Assembly (NCBI GenBank): GCA_049325275.1 | Contig: JBMOLU010000001.1 | Coordinates: forward strand, 509,830 to 573,829 | Direction of reading: 5' to 3' | Source: Chloroflexota bacterium | Lineage (GTDB): Bacteria > Chloroflexota > Anaerolineae > Anaerolineales > UBA4823 | Length of the DNA stretch: 64,000 nt | Shown: positions 19,664 to 29,631 of the stretch, piece by piece | How positions within the stretch are numbered: position 1 is the first letter of the stretch | Layout of the letters: each line of letters opens with the position of its first letter | Position numbers and translations under genes: made by a program | The notes under the pieces: generated by a model | Seen by the model: the letters and a program-made list of their open reading frames with translations, nothing else | What the model was told of the DNA's origin: nothing | The model's database searches: none

Positions 19664-19865
19664 CGGGTTCCGTTGAAGGAGAATGGCTGATGATAGACTT
19701 CGCCCGTCGAGCGAGTTCACGCCGGGTAAGCATGACGCGCCGCCCACAGGTCAGGCACTCCAGGCCAATGTCAGCCCCCAGGCGGGTCACCTTCCATTCG
19801 TAACCACCGCAAGGATGGGGTTTGCGCATTCGCACCAGATCATCACGTTGCAGGTCAGGCAGCAC
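19650..19865 (-). CDS. DUF951 family small protein
   Basis: 71 aa; [46 protein letters not shown] matches the DUF951 pattern with two Cys pairs. Confidence 0.6.
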   Translation of the reverse strand: MLPDLQRDDLVRMRKPHPCGGYEWKVTRLGADIGLECLTCGRRVMLTRRELARRAKSIISHSPSTEPDEPS

Positions 19866-19918
19866 GCCGGCATTATAACACGGGGTGGTATAATTTTTTC
19901 CTTCCTGGAGGTAGCCCT

Positions 19919-20569
19919 ATGTTGTTTGGCGATTTCGACCCCGTTTTTTTCTTGATCAACGCCCTCATCCTGTTCATCGCCCTGCCGATTCACGAATTTG
20001 CGCACGCCTGGACCGCAAATTACTTTGGCGATGACACGCCGCGCCTGTACGGGCGCCTGACGCTCAACCCACTGGCCCACCTCGACCCGATGGGATCGCT
20101 GATGATGATCTTCGTCGGTTTCGGCTGGGCCAAGCCCGTGCCGGTCAATCCGTATGCCCTGCAACGCCGCTCCGAGTCGGCCTATATGTGGGTATCGTTG
20201 GCCGGGCCGCTGTCCAACTTACTGCAAGCGCTTTTCGGCGCCGTGATATTTCGCGTTTTGTGGAATGTCCCGGCTTTGCGCGGCGTCGAGTTGGCTTCCC
20301 TGCTGTTCCAATTTGTCGCCCAGTTCATCTGGATCAACCTCGCCTTGATGGTTTTCAACCTGCTGCCGCTGGCGCCGCTGGACGGGGACAAAGTGGCCGA
20401 TTACCTCATGCCACCTGGCTGGGCAAAGGCCTGGGCAAACATCCGCCCTTACGGCCCCTTTATCCTGCTGATGTTGATTCTGCTGGGCAGGCTCGGTGGG
20501 TTCAATATCCTGGGCGTACTGATCCAGACGCCAACGACTTCTCTCTTCAACCTGCTCATCGGCCAATGA
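19919..20569 (+). CDS. Site-2 protease family (M50) membrane metalloprotease
   Basis: HEFAHAW (HExxH) lies inside a hydrophobic helix, and the protein has multiple TM segments. Confidence 0.75.
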   Translation: MLFGDFDPVFFLINALILFIALPIHEFAHAWTANYFGDDTPRLYGRLTLNPLAHLDPMGSLMMIFVGFGWAKPVPVNPYALQRRSESAYMWVSLAGPLSNLLQALFGAVIFRVLWNVPALRGVELASLLFQFVAQFIWINLALMVFNLLPLAPLDGDKVADYLMPPGWAKAWANIRPYGPFILLMLILLGRLGGFNILGVLIQTPTTSLFNLLIGQ

Positions 20570-21087
20570 GCGCACGCCCGGCGTACCGCCTGCGCCAGTT
20601 TCTGCTGGCATGGACGGCGAAGCCCGCCTCGGGGGACCTGGCCCAAGCGCAGCAGTTGCTTGGGCCGCGGCTCTGGCTTTTGTTCTTGCAGCAGCAGCCC
20701 GGCGAACAGGCCCACAGCCTGGACGTGCTCAAAAGGATTACCACCCAGGGCCACACTGATCCCGATCTGCTGGTGGCAGCCTTGCTGCATGACGTAGGCA
20801 AAAGCCGCGCCCCGCTGACTCCCTGGGATCGCACCTGGATCGTGCTGGCGAAACGCATCGCCCCGCAGCGCGTCAGGCATTGGGGGAGCGGCTCACCCAC
20901 CGGCTGGAAGCGCATCTTTGTCGTTGCCGAGCAGCATCCCGCCTGGGGCGCCGAGATGGCCGCCGCAGCCGGGGCATCGCCCAGCACCGTCAGGCTGATC
21001 GCCCAACACCAAAACCGGCGGCCCGATCTCCCTGCACCCCTGGCAGAATCGCTGCGCATCTTGCAAGGAGCAGACGATGAGAGCTAA
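20566..21087 (+). CDS. HD-domain phosphohydrolase
   Basis: AHSLDV...ALLHDVGK is the H...HD signature. I placed the start at ATG 20566 (ATGA overlap with the M50 stop). The upstream part of the track ORF 20188-21087 overlaps the M50 gene and was discarded. Confidence 0.6.
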   Translation: MSARPAYRLRQFLLAWTAKPASGDLAQAQQLLGPRLWLLFLQQQPGEQAHSLDVLKRITTQGHTDPDLLVAALLHDVGKSRAPLTPWDRTWIVLAKRIAPQRVRHWGSGSPTGWKRIFVVAEQHPAWGAEMAAAAGASPSTVRLIAQHQNRRPDLPAPLAESLRILQGADDES

Positions 21088-22075
21088 ATCGTCCATCGCC
21101 CAAAACCATCCGAAAACCGTGATCGCCATCCTTGGCCTGGGCCAGATCGGCGCGTCGATGGGCCTGGCGCTGGCCGGGCACGCCAGCGCCGTACAGCGCA
21201 TCGGCTGCGACGTACAGCCGGCAGTCGCCAACCGCGCCAGGCAGATCGGCGCCATCGATGCGCTCAAGCCGAATGCGGCCGCAGCCGTGCCAGACGCCGA
21301 CCTCGTGGTGCTGGCGCTGCCGTTCGATCAAATCCGCGCCGTTCTCGAAAGCATCGCTCCGCGCCTGAAACCCGGCGCCGTGGTCGTGGATACCGCCCCG
21401 GCGAAAGAAACCGTGGCCGCCTGGGCACGGCAACTCCTGCCGGACGGGCGGTACCACGTGGGTCTGGCCCCCGTACTCACCCCTGAAGCCTTGCAGTCTT
21501 ACGAATTGGGCATCGAGGCGGCGCATACCGACCTGTTTCGCAGCACAACCCTGTGGATCGTCGCCCCCATCGATGCGCCCGCCCGCGCCGTAGACATGGC
21601 CTGTGCGCTGGCGCGTTGGCTGGGCGCCGAGCACGTCTTCGGCGACGCCGCCGAAGTGGACGGTTTGATGGCGTTGACCCACCTGCTGCCGCAGCTTTCC
21701 GCCGCGGCCTTGCTCCAGAGCACGGCCAACCGGCCCGGCTGGCACGATGCAGGACGGCTGGCAGGGCGCGCCTATGCCCAGGCCACACACCCAATCGAAG
21801 CCAGCGAACCGGCCGCCCTGGCCGGCGCCCTGCTGGCCAACCCGCAAAACGTCGAACGCAACCTGAATAACCTGATCGCCGGCCTGCAAACCCTGCGCAA
21901 CCTGGTGCGCGAAAACAGGGCCGAAGCGCTGATCGAAACCCTGGCCCAGGCTCAACAAGGCCACCTGGATTGGTGGCAAAGGCGCTCGATTAACAGCAAC
22001 GACACGCCCGCAGCCGAAATACCGGCCGCATCCGATTTCTGGAAGCAGATTTTGGGCGGGCGGCTGAAAAAGTAA
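21077..22075 (+). CDS. tyrA: Prephenate/arogenate dehydrogenase
   Basis: NAD-binding IAILGLGQIGASMGLALA, followed by a PDH-like dimerisation domain. Confidence 0.7.
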   Translation: MRAKSSIAQNHPKTVIAILGLGQIGASMGLALAGHASAVQRIGCDVQPAVANRARQIGAIDALKPNAAAAVPDADLVVLALPFDQIRAVLESIAPRLKPGAVVVDTAPAKETVAAWARQLLPDGRYHVGLAPVLTPEALQSYELGIEAAHTDLFRSTTLWIVAPIDAPARAVDMACALARWLGAEHVFGDAAEVDGLMALTHLLPQLSAAALLQSTANRPGWHDAGRLAGRAYAQATHPIEASEPAALAGALLANPQNVERNLNNLIAGLQTLRNLVRENRAEALIETLAQAQQGHLDWWQRRSINSNDTPAAEIPAASDFWKQILGGRLKK

Positions 22076-22169
22076 GGGCCTTCCGGGCTGCGTATAAAGA
22101 ATTCCCGCTCACAGCGAAACCGGGAGATATCGAAGGAACAACGTCTGTTTTTTTTTTACTGGAGGTCGC

Positions 22170-23351
22170 ATGTCACACAAGCTTTCGTGGATCGAAACCG
22201 AGTTACAAAACATCAAGGACGCCGGCCTGTACAACCGCATCCGTACACTGGGTTCGCCACAAGGGGCCTGGCTGACGGTGGATGGCCGCCAGGTACTCAA
22301 TTTCTGCTCCAACAACTATCTCGGCCTGGCCAATCACCCCCGCATCGTGCAGGCCGCGCAAGAAGGCATAAGGCGTTACGGCGTCGGCCCGGCCGCAGTG
22401 CGCTCGATTGCCGGAACGATGGACCTGCACGTCGAACTTGAACGCCGCCTGGCGGCCTTCAAGGGCGTCGAAGCGGCGATCACCTTCCAATCGGGTTTTA
22501 CGGCCAACCTGGGCACCATCCCGGCGCTGGTCGGCAAAGAAGACGCCATCTTCTCCGACGAACTTAACCATGCCAGCATCATCGATGGCTCCAGGCTCTC
22601 CGGAGCCAAGATCATCCGCTACGCCCACTGCGACCCAGGCGATCTTGGGCGGCTGTTGTCGGAAAATCGCAGCCAGTACCCACGCGCCCTGGTGATTACC
22701 GACGGGGTCTTCAGCATGGATGGCGACGTGGCCCCGCTCGACAAGATTTACACCGTCTGCCAGGAACACGAAGCGATTTTGATGGTTGATGACGCTCACG
22801 GGGAAGGCGTGCTCGGCAAGGGCGGGCGCGGCATCGTCGATCATTTTGGCCTGCATGGCAAGGTGGATGTGGAAGTCGGCACACTTTCGAAGGCGTTTGG
22901 CGTGGTCGGGGGCGTTTCGGCGGGCAATCCCCTGGTCGTCGAATGGCTGCGCCAGCGCGGCCGCCCGTTCCTGTTTTCCTCAGCCATGACGGCGCCCGAT
23001 GTCGCCGCCTGCTTGGCCGCAGTCGATATCCTGGAAGAATCGACCACCCTGGTAGATCAACTTTGGGAAAACACGCATTACTTCAAGGCAGAAATCCAGC
23101 GCCTCGGCTTCGACACCGGTGTCAGCACGACACCGATCACGCCCATCATGCTGGGCGAAGCTCCCCTGGCGCAGCAGTTCAGCCGTGAACTGTTCGATTC
23201 CGGCGTGTTTGCCATGGCGCTCGGTTTCCCCACCGTGCCACGTGGGAAGGCCCGCATCCGCGTGATGATTTCCGCCGCACACAGCCGCGACGATCTTACC
23301 CGCGGGCTGGAAAGTTTTGCACAGATTGGGAAGAAACTCGGCGTGGTGTAG
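22170..23351 (+). CDS. kbl: Glycine C-acetyltransferase (2-amino-3-ketobutyrate CoA ligase)
   Basis: Carries [24 protein letters not shown] and the PLP lysine in TLSKAFG. An RBS ggagg precedes the start. Confidence 0.85.
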   Translation: MSHKLSWIETELQNIKDAGLYNRIRTLGSPQGAWLTVDGRQVLNFCSNNYLGLANHPRIVQAAQEGIRRYGVGPAAVRSIAGTMDLHVELERRLAAFKGVEAAITFQSGFTANLGTIPALVGKEDAIFSDELNHASIIDGSRLSGAKIIRYAHCDPGDLGRLLSENRSQYPRALVITDGVFSMDGDVAPLDKIYTVCQEHEAILMVDDAHGEGVLGKGGRGIVDHFGLHGKVDVEVGTLSKAFGVVGGVSAGNPLVVEWLRQRGRPFLFSSAMTAPDVAACLAAVDILEESTTLVDQLWENTHYFKAEIQRLGFDTGVSTTPITPIMLGEAPLAQQFSRELFDSGVFAMALGFPTVPRGKARIRVMISAAHSRDDLTRGLESFAQIGKKLGVV

Positions 23352-23383
23352 AAGCTGGCCGGCACAGCGAGACGATCAGTTCT

Positions 23384-23432
23384 GCCACGAAGCCGGGAGA
23401 ACCAGATTTCTCTGGTCTCCCGGCTTCGTGGC
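23384..23432. terminator. Long GC-rich hairpin between convergent genes (putative bidirectional terminator)
   Basis: gccacgaagccgggagaaccaga-tttc-tctggtctcccggcttcgtggc forms a stem of about 22 bp with one bulged A. There is no immediate U-tract. Confidence 0.6.
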
Positions 23433-23465
23433 GAAAAACGCTTTTTGAAGGAAAACCGCCTTCCG

Positions 23466-23687
23466 TCACAAAAAAGGATCGAAGGCAGGGTTTGTACCGG
23501 CCCACACACAGGCGGGTTTGTCGTCGAGGCTGCACAGTACGCCGTGCGAGCAGCGATGAGCGGCCACGCGCGCCGGCTGATCGGACAGCAGGTCAGCCGG
23601 GTAGACGACCTGCGCTTCGAAATGTACTTTCTCGTTGCGATGTTGGCAGTAACATTCCTTAAGCACTTCCCAGTTTCTTTCAGTCAT
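23466..23687 (-). CDS. Small Cys/His-rich hypothetical protein (73 aa)
   Basis: The ORF has CYCQH...H, HRCSH, C and C spacing that suggests metal binding. I recognise no family. Confidence 0.4.
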   Translation of the reverse strand: MTERNWEVLKECYCQHRNEKVHFEAQVVYPADLLSDQPARVAAHRCSHGVLCSLDDKPACVWAGTNPAFDPFL

Positions 23688-23760
23688 TCATACCTCCAGT
23701 ATCGAGAAAGTATCCGCGCACCGCGATCGATAGATGGTTCCGGGAACCCGTAGATTCCCC

Positions 23761-24489
23761 CTACCAACCTGCCGCCAGGCGCTGGATGTGCCGTTCGGGC
23801 AGGCCCGATTGGCGCATTCGCTCCTGGACGGCCACGATATCGTAGGGAACGCGGTGATACTCCCAGGTGTGGTGCTGCGAATCGTAAATCGCGTAGGATG
23901 CCCGCGCATCCCGGTCACGCGGCTGGCCGACGGAACCGGGGTTGATAATGGTCCGGGGGGCCAGGGTCAACTCCACCGGCGTGTCGGGGACGATCAGGCG
24001 GGCGGTGGTGGCTTCGTCGGGCAGGTAATACAACACCGGCAGGTGGGTATGCCCCACGAAACAGTAAGGGGTTTCAAAATGAGAGAAATTTGCCGTGGCA
24101 GTCCGTGTATCGAGCAAATACTCCCACACGGCCTGGCGTGGGCTGCCGTGCGCCAGGGTGACGCCTTCTACCACGGTCTTCTCAGGCAGCGACTGCAAAA
24201 AGCGTAAGCCGGCCGGAGAAAGCGCTTCTTGCGTCCAGTAAATGGCCAGGCGCGCCTCGTGGTTGAAGGTTTCGGTGTCGATCATCCGCAGGGCTGCGGC
24301 ATCGTGATTGCCCAGCATACAGGTGAGTCGGGGAAGCTGCTGGATGCGTTGGATGCATTCATTGGGGTCCGGGCCGTAACCGACCAGGTCACCCAGGCAC
24401 CAGGCAGCATCGATCTGGCCCGCATCGTCCAGGACAGTCTCCAGGGCGGTCAGGTTAGCGTGGATATCAGAGATAATGAGAATTCGCAT
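23761..24489 (-). CDS. Metallophosphoesterase (YfcE/MJ0936-like)
   Basis: Carries the motifs ISDIHAN, GDLVGYGP, GNHD and GHTH. Confidence 0.8.
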   Translation of the reverse strand: MRILIISDIHANLTALETVLDDAGQIDAAWCLGDLVGYGPDPNECIQRIQQLPRLTCMLGNHDAAALRMIDTETFNHEARLAIYWTQEALSPAGLRFLQSLPEKTVVEGVTLAHGSPRQAVWEYLLDTRTATANFSHFETPYCFVGHTHLPVLYYLPDEATTARLIVPDTPVELTLAPRTIINPGSVGQPRDRDARASYAIYDSQHHTWEYHRVPYDIVAVQERMRQSGLPERHIQRLAAGW

Positions 24490-24618
24490 GGGATGATGGA
24501 AGATTCAGGCCACAGGATAACGGTAGCGATAATTATACTCCAGGCAATGAAGGCACGAGATACCGCCAGGAAGCGCGTTACAAGTTTCAAAGTTGCAAGT
24601 TTGTAAGGTCCACCTCCG

Positions 24619-25341
24619 CTACGATGAGGGATGATGCGCCCAGATCTGGTACAGGCCCAGGTCGCCGCTTTCACCATCCGAGAAGAATGTTTCGCATACC
24701 CGAAAACCGGTTTCGCCGGCCAGGCCGGCCAGTTCATCCACGGTGAAGTGGTGGGCGTAGCGCAACCCGTTGCCGCCGCTGCGCCAGTCGAGCAGGTAGT
24801 CGTTAGGCGCCACACTTTCGGGCGTGATTCCAACGCGTCCCCACGGCTGGACGCGCGCTGCCAGGCGAGGGCTGTTGAGGAATTGCCAGTTGGAGAGGAA
24901 CAGCAGGCCATCAGGGGCCAGCAAACCCTTTCCCTGTCGCAGGAACTGTACACGCAAGGCCTGCCCGGGCAGGTGATGCAGCACGGCAAAGGCGCAAATG
25001 GCCGCGAACGGCTGGCGGCCGATGCCAGCCCGTTCCGGCCAATGCGGCGATGCCAGATCGGCTTGCAGGAAAACGCCGGCCGCATCATCGGCATCTTGCA
25101 GCAGCCCGGCGCTGAAGTCCACGCCGGTGTACCGCCCGGTCCAACCATGCCGGCGCAACACACGCGCCAGTTCACCATTGCCGCAGCCCAGATCGAGCAG
25201 GCTGTCGCCGGCGACCAGCCTGTCCAGCAGCCGCCGCACGCCGGGCTGAATGCGTTGCCGCGTGGCCGAAAAGGGCGCCGCAAAGGTCTGGTAGAATTGA
25301 CGGTTGAGTTCGAGTAAACGTTGTGCGGTTTCAGTTTGCAT
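24619..25341 (-). CDS. Class I SAM-dependent methyltransferase
   Basis: Carries motif I, LLDLGCGNGEL. I preferred this frame over the overlapping 320-aa ORF at 24450-25412. Confidence 0.75.
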   Translation of the reverse strand: MQTETAQRLLELNRQFYQTFAAPFSATRQRIQPGVRRLLDRLVAGDSLLDLGCGNGELARVLRRHGWTGRYTGVDFSAGLLQDADDAAGVFLQADLASPHWPERAGIGRQPFAAICAFAVLHHLPGQALRVQFLRQGKGLLAPDGLLFLSNWQFLNSPRLAARVQPWGRVGITPESVAPNDYLLDWRSGGNGLRYAHHFTVDELAGLAGETGFRVCETFFSDGESGDLGLYQIWAHHPSS

Positions 25342-25372
25342 ATTGTCCTATTATAGGTGAGGTTTTTTTCTT

Positions 25373-27019
25373 GTGGATAAGAAATCCTGGCTGGCGGCAC
25401 GCCAGCATACACCCGAAGCGTACGCCGTCGCGCAGCAGGCCCTCGAAGCCGTGCGCCAGGGCCTGAAGGTCGAAGAGGCCATTCGCCGTTTTCGCCTGCC
25501 CGATGGCGGCTACCTGCCCAAACATTTGTTGGTGGCTACCTACAAACAATTAACCGAGTCAGGAGCGTGGAAGCCCGACCCAACCCTGTTGGGACGTATC
25601 CGTCTCAAGCCGGTACGCACGCTCTCGGGGGTAACGACCGTAACCGTGCTGACCAAGCCCTATCCTTGCCCTGGCCAGTGCATCTTTTGTCCCACCGACG
25701 AACGCATGCCAAAAAGCTACCTGCCCGACGAACCCGGCGCACGCCGCGGGCTGGAACACGCCTACGACCCGTACACCCAGGTGGCGGCGCGTTTACGCGC
25801 CCTGGATGATGTCGGGCATCCCACCGATAAGGTCGAACTGCTGATCTTGGGCGGCACGTGGAGCAGTTATCGCAGCGATTACCAGGCGTGGTTCGTGCAG
25901 CGCTGCTTCGAGGCCATGAACGGCGCGCCACTGGAAGGCAGCGCCGGCACCCTGGAAACCGTCCACCAGGCCAACGAAACCGCTTCCCACCGCAACGTGG
26001 GCCTGGCGATCGAAACCCGCCCCGACGAAGTCAACCCGGCCGAGTTGGCTCACCTGCGCCGCCTCGGGGTAACCAAGGTCCAAATGGGCGCCCAAAGCCT
26101 GGACGATCGCATCCTTACCCTGAACAAGCGCGGCCACAGCGTGCAGGAAACCCACCGTGCAGCAGCGCTGTTGCGTGCCGCCGGTTTCAAGATCGTCCTG
26201 CACTGGATGCCCAACCTGCTTGGAGCGACCCCGCAGTCGGATCGTGAGGACTTCGCCCGGCTTTGGGATGGGCTTTGCCCCGATGAAATCAAAATCTATC
26301 CCACACAGCTACTCGCCAATGCCGAACTCTACGAATACTGGCTGCGCGGCGAATATACCCCCTACACCACCGAAGAACTGATCGAGCTGATCGTCGACAT
26401 CAAAACTACCATCCCGCCGTACTGCCGGGTCAACCGCGTGATCCGTGACATCCCCTCGACCGAAGTGGTCGAGGGCAACAAACGCACCAGCCTGCGGCAA
26501 GACGTACAAGCCGAGATGGCACGGCGCGGCACGCGCTGCAACTGCATCCGCTGCCGCGAGGTGCGCGGCAAAGCGGTGGACCCATCGACGCTGTGCCTGG
26601 ACGAGCAGGTCTACACCGCCGGCGGGGCGCAGGAACACTTCCTGTCCTTCGTAACGCCTGATGAAGGCGGGTACGGTTCGCGCCTCGCCGGTTTTTTGCG
26701 CCTGTCGCTGCCCGGTCCGGATTCGCCGGACCCTGGCATGGCGGATCTGTTCGATGGGCGCTCCGCACGCCCGGCCGCCATTATCCGCGAGGTGCACGTC
26801 TACGGCCAGTCGCTCGAAATCGGCGATCGAGGCGCCGTGCCAGCGAGTAGCGCCGTCCAGCACGCCGGCTTGGGCACGCAGCTGCTCGAACGCGCCGGCG
26901 AGATTGCCCGCCGGCACGGTTATACCCGTATGGCGGTCATTGCAGCCGTGGGTACGCGCTGCTACTATTTGCAGCGTGGTTTCGAACGCGGCGCGCTGTA
27001 TCTGGTCAAAAACTTGTGA
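25373..27019 (+). CDS. Bacterial Elp3 homologue (radical SAM + GNAT tRNA-modification enzyme)
   Basis: GTG start preceded by aggtgagg. It has a radical-SAM CPGQCIFCP motif and a C-terminal GNAT motif QHAGLGTQLLERAGEIARRHGY. Confidence 0.85.
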   Translation: MDKKSWLAARQHTPEAYAVAQQALEAVRQGLKVEEAIRRFRLPDGGYLPKHLLVATYKQLTESGAWKPDPTLLGRIRLKPVRTLSGVTTVTVLTKPYPCPGQCIFCPTDERMPKSYLPDEPGARRGLEHAYDPYTQVAARLRALDDVGHPTDKVELLILGGTWSSYRSDYQAWFVQRCFEAMNGAPLEGSAGTLETVHQANETASHRNVGLAIETRPDEVNPAELAHLRRLGVTKVQMGAQSLDDRILTLNKRGHSVQETHRAAALLRAAGFKIVLHWMPNLLGATPQSDREDFARLWDGLCPDEIKIYPTQLLANAELYEYWLRGEYTPYTTEELIELIVDIKTTIPPYCRVNRVIRDIPSTEVVEGNKRTSLRQDVQAEMARRGTRCNCIRCREVRGKAVDPSTLCLDEQVYTAGGAQEHFLSFVTPDEGGYGSRLAGFLRLSLPGPDSPDPGMADLFDGRSARPAAIIREVHVYGQSLEIGDRGAVPASSAVQHAGLGTQLLERAGEIARRHGYTRMAVIAAVGTRCYYLQRGFERGALYLVKNL

Positions 27020-27173
27020 TGAGAAAGCCGCCGGGAGGCCCTTCCCTACAAAACTGTAAGCCTTGCGCAAAGAGGCGCTCTGGCCGTCGATGGTGACGCC
27101 CACAGGAAAAATTCTCATGTACAATGGTTATGACATGCCACAATTCTGCGCACACGTTTAAGGCAGGCAAAGA

Positions 27174-27548
27174 ATGATACGCAAACCTAAAGCCCTCGTA
27201 ATCGAAGACTATATGGATCAAGCCATGGTTTTTCAGCGCGCGCTTGAAATGGCCGGCTTCGATACAGAAATGATCACCGACGGTGATGTGGCTCGTACGC
27301 GCCTGACGGAAGTCGTTCCGGTCTTGATCGTGCTGGATTTGCACCTCCCAGGCATGACGGGGGATTATCTTTTGAAACAGATTCGCACCGACCGGCGTAT
27401 GCACAAAACACGCGTGGTAGTGGCGACGGCCGACGCTTTAATGGCCCAGAACCTGCGCGAGCAGGCCGACATCGTCTTGCTCAAGCCGATCAGCTTCCGC
27501 CAGTTGAACCAGTTGGCAGAACGCTACTACGCTCACCCCAAAGCGTAA
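27174..27548 (+). CDS. Single-domain response regulator (CheY-like receiver)
   Basis: Shows the receiver pattern ALVIEDY...[13 protein letters not shown]...VVVATA...LLKP. Confidence 0.8.
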   Translation: MIRKPKALVIEDYMDQAMVFQRALEMAGFDTEMITDGDVARTRLTEVVPVLIVLDLHLPGMTGDYLLKQIRTDRRMHKTRVVVATADALMAQNLREQADIVLLKPISFRQLNQLAERYYAHPKA

Positions 27549-27582
27549 GAATCTGCCCATACCTCACAATCACGGAGACTCC

Positions 27583-29481
27583 ATGCCCACCCTCAAGCTG
27601 CGTTTTCCTGTTCCTTCGGATATCGAAATCACCCAGGAAGCCGAACTGGAGCCGATCACGGCCATTGCCGAGAAAGTGGGCCTGCTGCCCGGTGAAGTGG
27701 AACTGCACGGCGAGTATGAAGCCAAGATACGCCTCGCCGTCCTCGATCGCCTGCGAGGCGCGCCCAACGGAAAGTATGTGGACGTCACAGCGATCACACC
27801 CACCCCGCTCGGCGAAGGCAAAACCACCACCACTGTCGGCCTTTCACAGGCCCTGGGTGCGCACCTGGGAAAGCGCGTCTTCACCTGCATTCGCCAGCCT
27901 TCGCAAGGCCCTACGTTCGGCATCAAAGGCGGCGCAGCGGGCGGAGGATACAGCCAGGTCGTGCCGATGGAGGATTTCAACCTGCACCTGACCGGCGACA
28001 TTCACGCCATCACCGCAGCCAACAACCTGCTGGCTGCGGCCATCGACGCCCGTATCCTGCACGAGTCTTCCCAGTCCGACGAAAGGCTCTTCAACGCCCT
28101 GTGCCCCCCCGACAGGTACGGCCAGCGCAAATTCTCTCCGACCATGCTGCGCCGCCTGAAAAAGCTGGGCATCGATAAAACCGATCCCGACACCTTGACC
28201 GCCGAAGAGCGCACACGCTTTGCCCGCCTGAACATCGATCCGGCTTCGGTTACCTGGCGGCGCGTGATGGACACCAACGACCGTTTCTTGCGCCAGGTGA
28301 CCATCGGGCAAGGCCCAGAAGAGAAGGGCATGGTACGCAGTACCGGCTTCGACATCACCGTGGCCAGCGAGATCATGGCCATCCTGGCGCTGACCTCGGA
28401 CCTGGCCGATATGCGCGAACGCCTGGGGGCGATGGTCATCGGCACCAGCCACCCCGATGCCCAAGGGAACGCCACGGCCATCACCGCCGAAGACCTGGGG
28501 GTGGCTGGCGCATTGACCGTGCTGATGAAAGAGGCCATCAAGCCGACCCTGATGCAAACCCTGGAAGGCACCCCGGTTTTCGTCCATGCCGGACCGTTTG
28601 CCAACATCGCCCACGGAAACAGTTCCATCATCGCCGATCGCATCGCGCTCAAGCTAGCGGACTACGTCATCACGGAATCGGGCTTCGGGGCCGACATTGG
28701 CATGGAAAAGTTCTTCGATATCAAGTGCCGCTATGCCGGGCTGAGTCCCGACTGTGTGGTGCTGGTGGCCACGGTACGGGCGCTCAAAATGCACGGCGGT
28801 GGCCCCAAGGTGGTGGCCGGCAAGCCCCTGGCGGCCGAATACACCGACGAGAATCTCGATCTACTGCGCGCCGGCCTGCCCAATATGCAGCACCACATCC
28901 GTACGGCACGCCGTTTTGGCGTGCCGGTGGTGGTGGCCATCAACGCCTTCTCGACCGACACGCCGGCCGAGCACGAGGTGGTCCGCCAGGCAGCGCTCGA
29001 AGTGGGCGCCGAAGACGCCGTGGTTTGCACGCACTGGACGGAAGGTGGTAAGGGCGCCATGAAGTTAGCCGAGGCCGTGGTGAAATCCTGCGAACGACCG
29101 GCTGATTTTCGTTTCCTTTACCCCCTGGATATTCCCATTAAAGCCAAGATCGAGACCATCTGCAAAGAGATTTACGGAGCCGATGGGGTCGATTACGCGC
29201 CCGAAGTGGAAACGAAGATCGAACTGTACACGCGCCTGGGTTTCGATCGTTTGCCGATCTGCATGGCAAAGACCCACTTGAGCCTGAGCCACGACCCCAA
29301 CCTGAAGGGCGTTCCCAGCGGATACCGTATTCCGATCAGCGATATACGCGCCTCGGTTGGCGCAGGTTTCCTCTATCCACTGGTGGGAACCATGCGCACC
29401 ATGCCCGGCCTGCCCACGCGGCCGGTTTTCTACGACGTCGATTTGGATTTGGAAACGGGACGGGTTGTCGGTTTGTTTTAG
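27583..29481 (+). CDS. fhs: Formate--tetrahydrofolate ligase, long form (632 aa)
   Basis: Carries the P-loop [16 protein letters not shown] and conserved [11 protein letters not shown] and [10 protein letters not shown]. It has an insertion of about 70 aa relative to the roughly 555-560-aa bacterial enzymes. Confidence 0.9.
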   Translation: MPTLKLRFPVPSDIEITQEAELEPITAIAEKVGLLPGEVELHGEYEAKIRLAVLDRLRGAPNGKYVDVTAITPTPLGEGKTTTTVGLSQALGAHLGKRVFTCIRQPSQGPTFGIKGGAAGGGYSQVVPMEDFNLHLTGDIHAITAANNLLAAAIDARILHESSQSDERLFNALCPPDRYGQRKFSPTMLRRLKKLGIDKTDPDTLTAEERTRFARLNIDPASVTWRRVMDTNDRFLRQVTIGQGPEEKGMVRSTGFDITVASEIMAILALTSDLADMRERLGAMVIGTSHPDAQGNATAITAEDLGVAGALTVLMKEAIKPTLMQTLEGTPVFVHAGPFANIAHGNSSIIADRIALKLADYVITESGFGADIGMEKFFDIKCRYAGLSPDCVVLVATVRALKMHGGGPKVVAGKPLAAEYTDENLDLLRAGLPNMQHHIRTARRFGVPVVVAINAFSTDTPAEHEVVRQAALEVGAEDAVVCTHWTEGGKGAMKLAEAVVKSCERPADFRFLYPLDIPIKAKIETICKEIYGADGVDYAPEVETKIELYTRLGFDRLPICMAKTHLSLSHDPNLKGVPSGYRIPISDIRASVGAGFLYPLVGTMRTMPGLPTRPVFYDVDLDLETGRVVGLF

Positions 29482-29594
29482 TTGACGATCGTAGCCAATA
29501 TCATCGAAGCCACGATGAGCAGGCACAGGAAATAAAAGATAATTTGCTGTGCGCTCAGCTTGCGCTTCGGCGAATCTGATTTTCTTGCAGACAT
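29478..29594 (-). CDS. Possible 38-aa small membrane protein (not in the ORF track)
   Basis: My translation is [42 protein letters not shown] lies 10 nt upstream of the ATG. The protein has a basic N-terminus and a single hydrophobic helix. Confidence 0.3.
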   Translation of the reverse strand: MSARKSDSPKRKLSAQQIIFYFLCLLIVASMILATIVN

Positions 29595-29631
29595 TGCTTC
29601 ACTACTCCAAAAAATTTTCTTACACCGGCCG

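Noticed and set aside
24450-25412. 320-aa minus-strand ORF overlapping the methyltransferase at 24619-25341 in another frame.
   Set aside because: Its translation is Pro/Arg/Cys/Trp-rich with no motifs. The 240-aa frame carries a clean SAM-binding motif and sensible boundaries.
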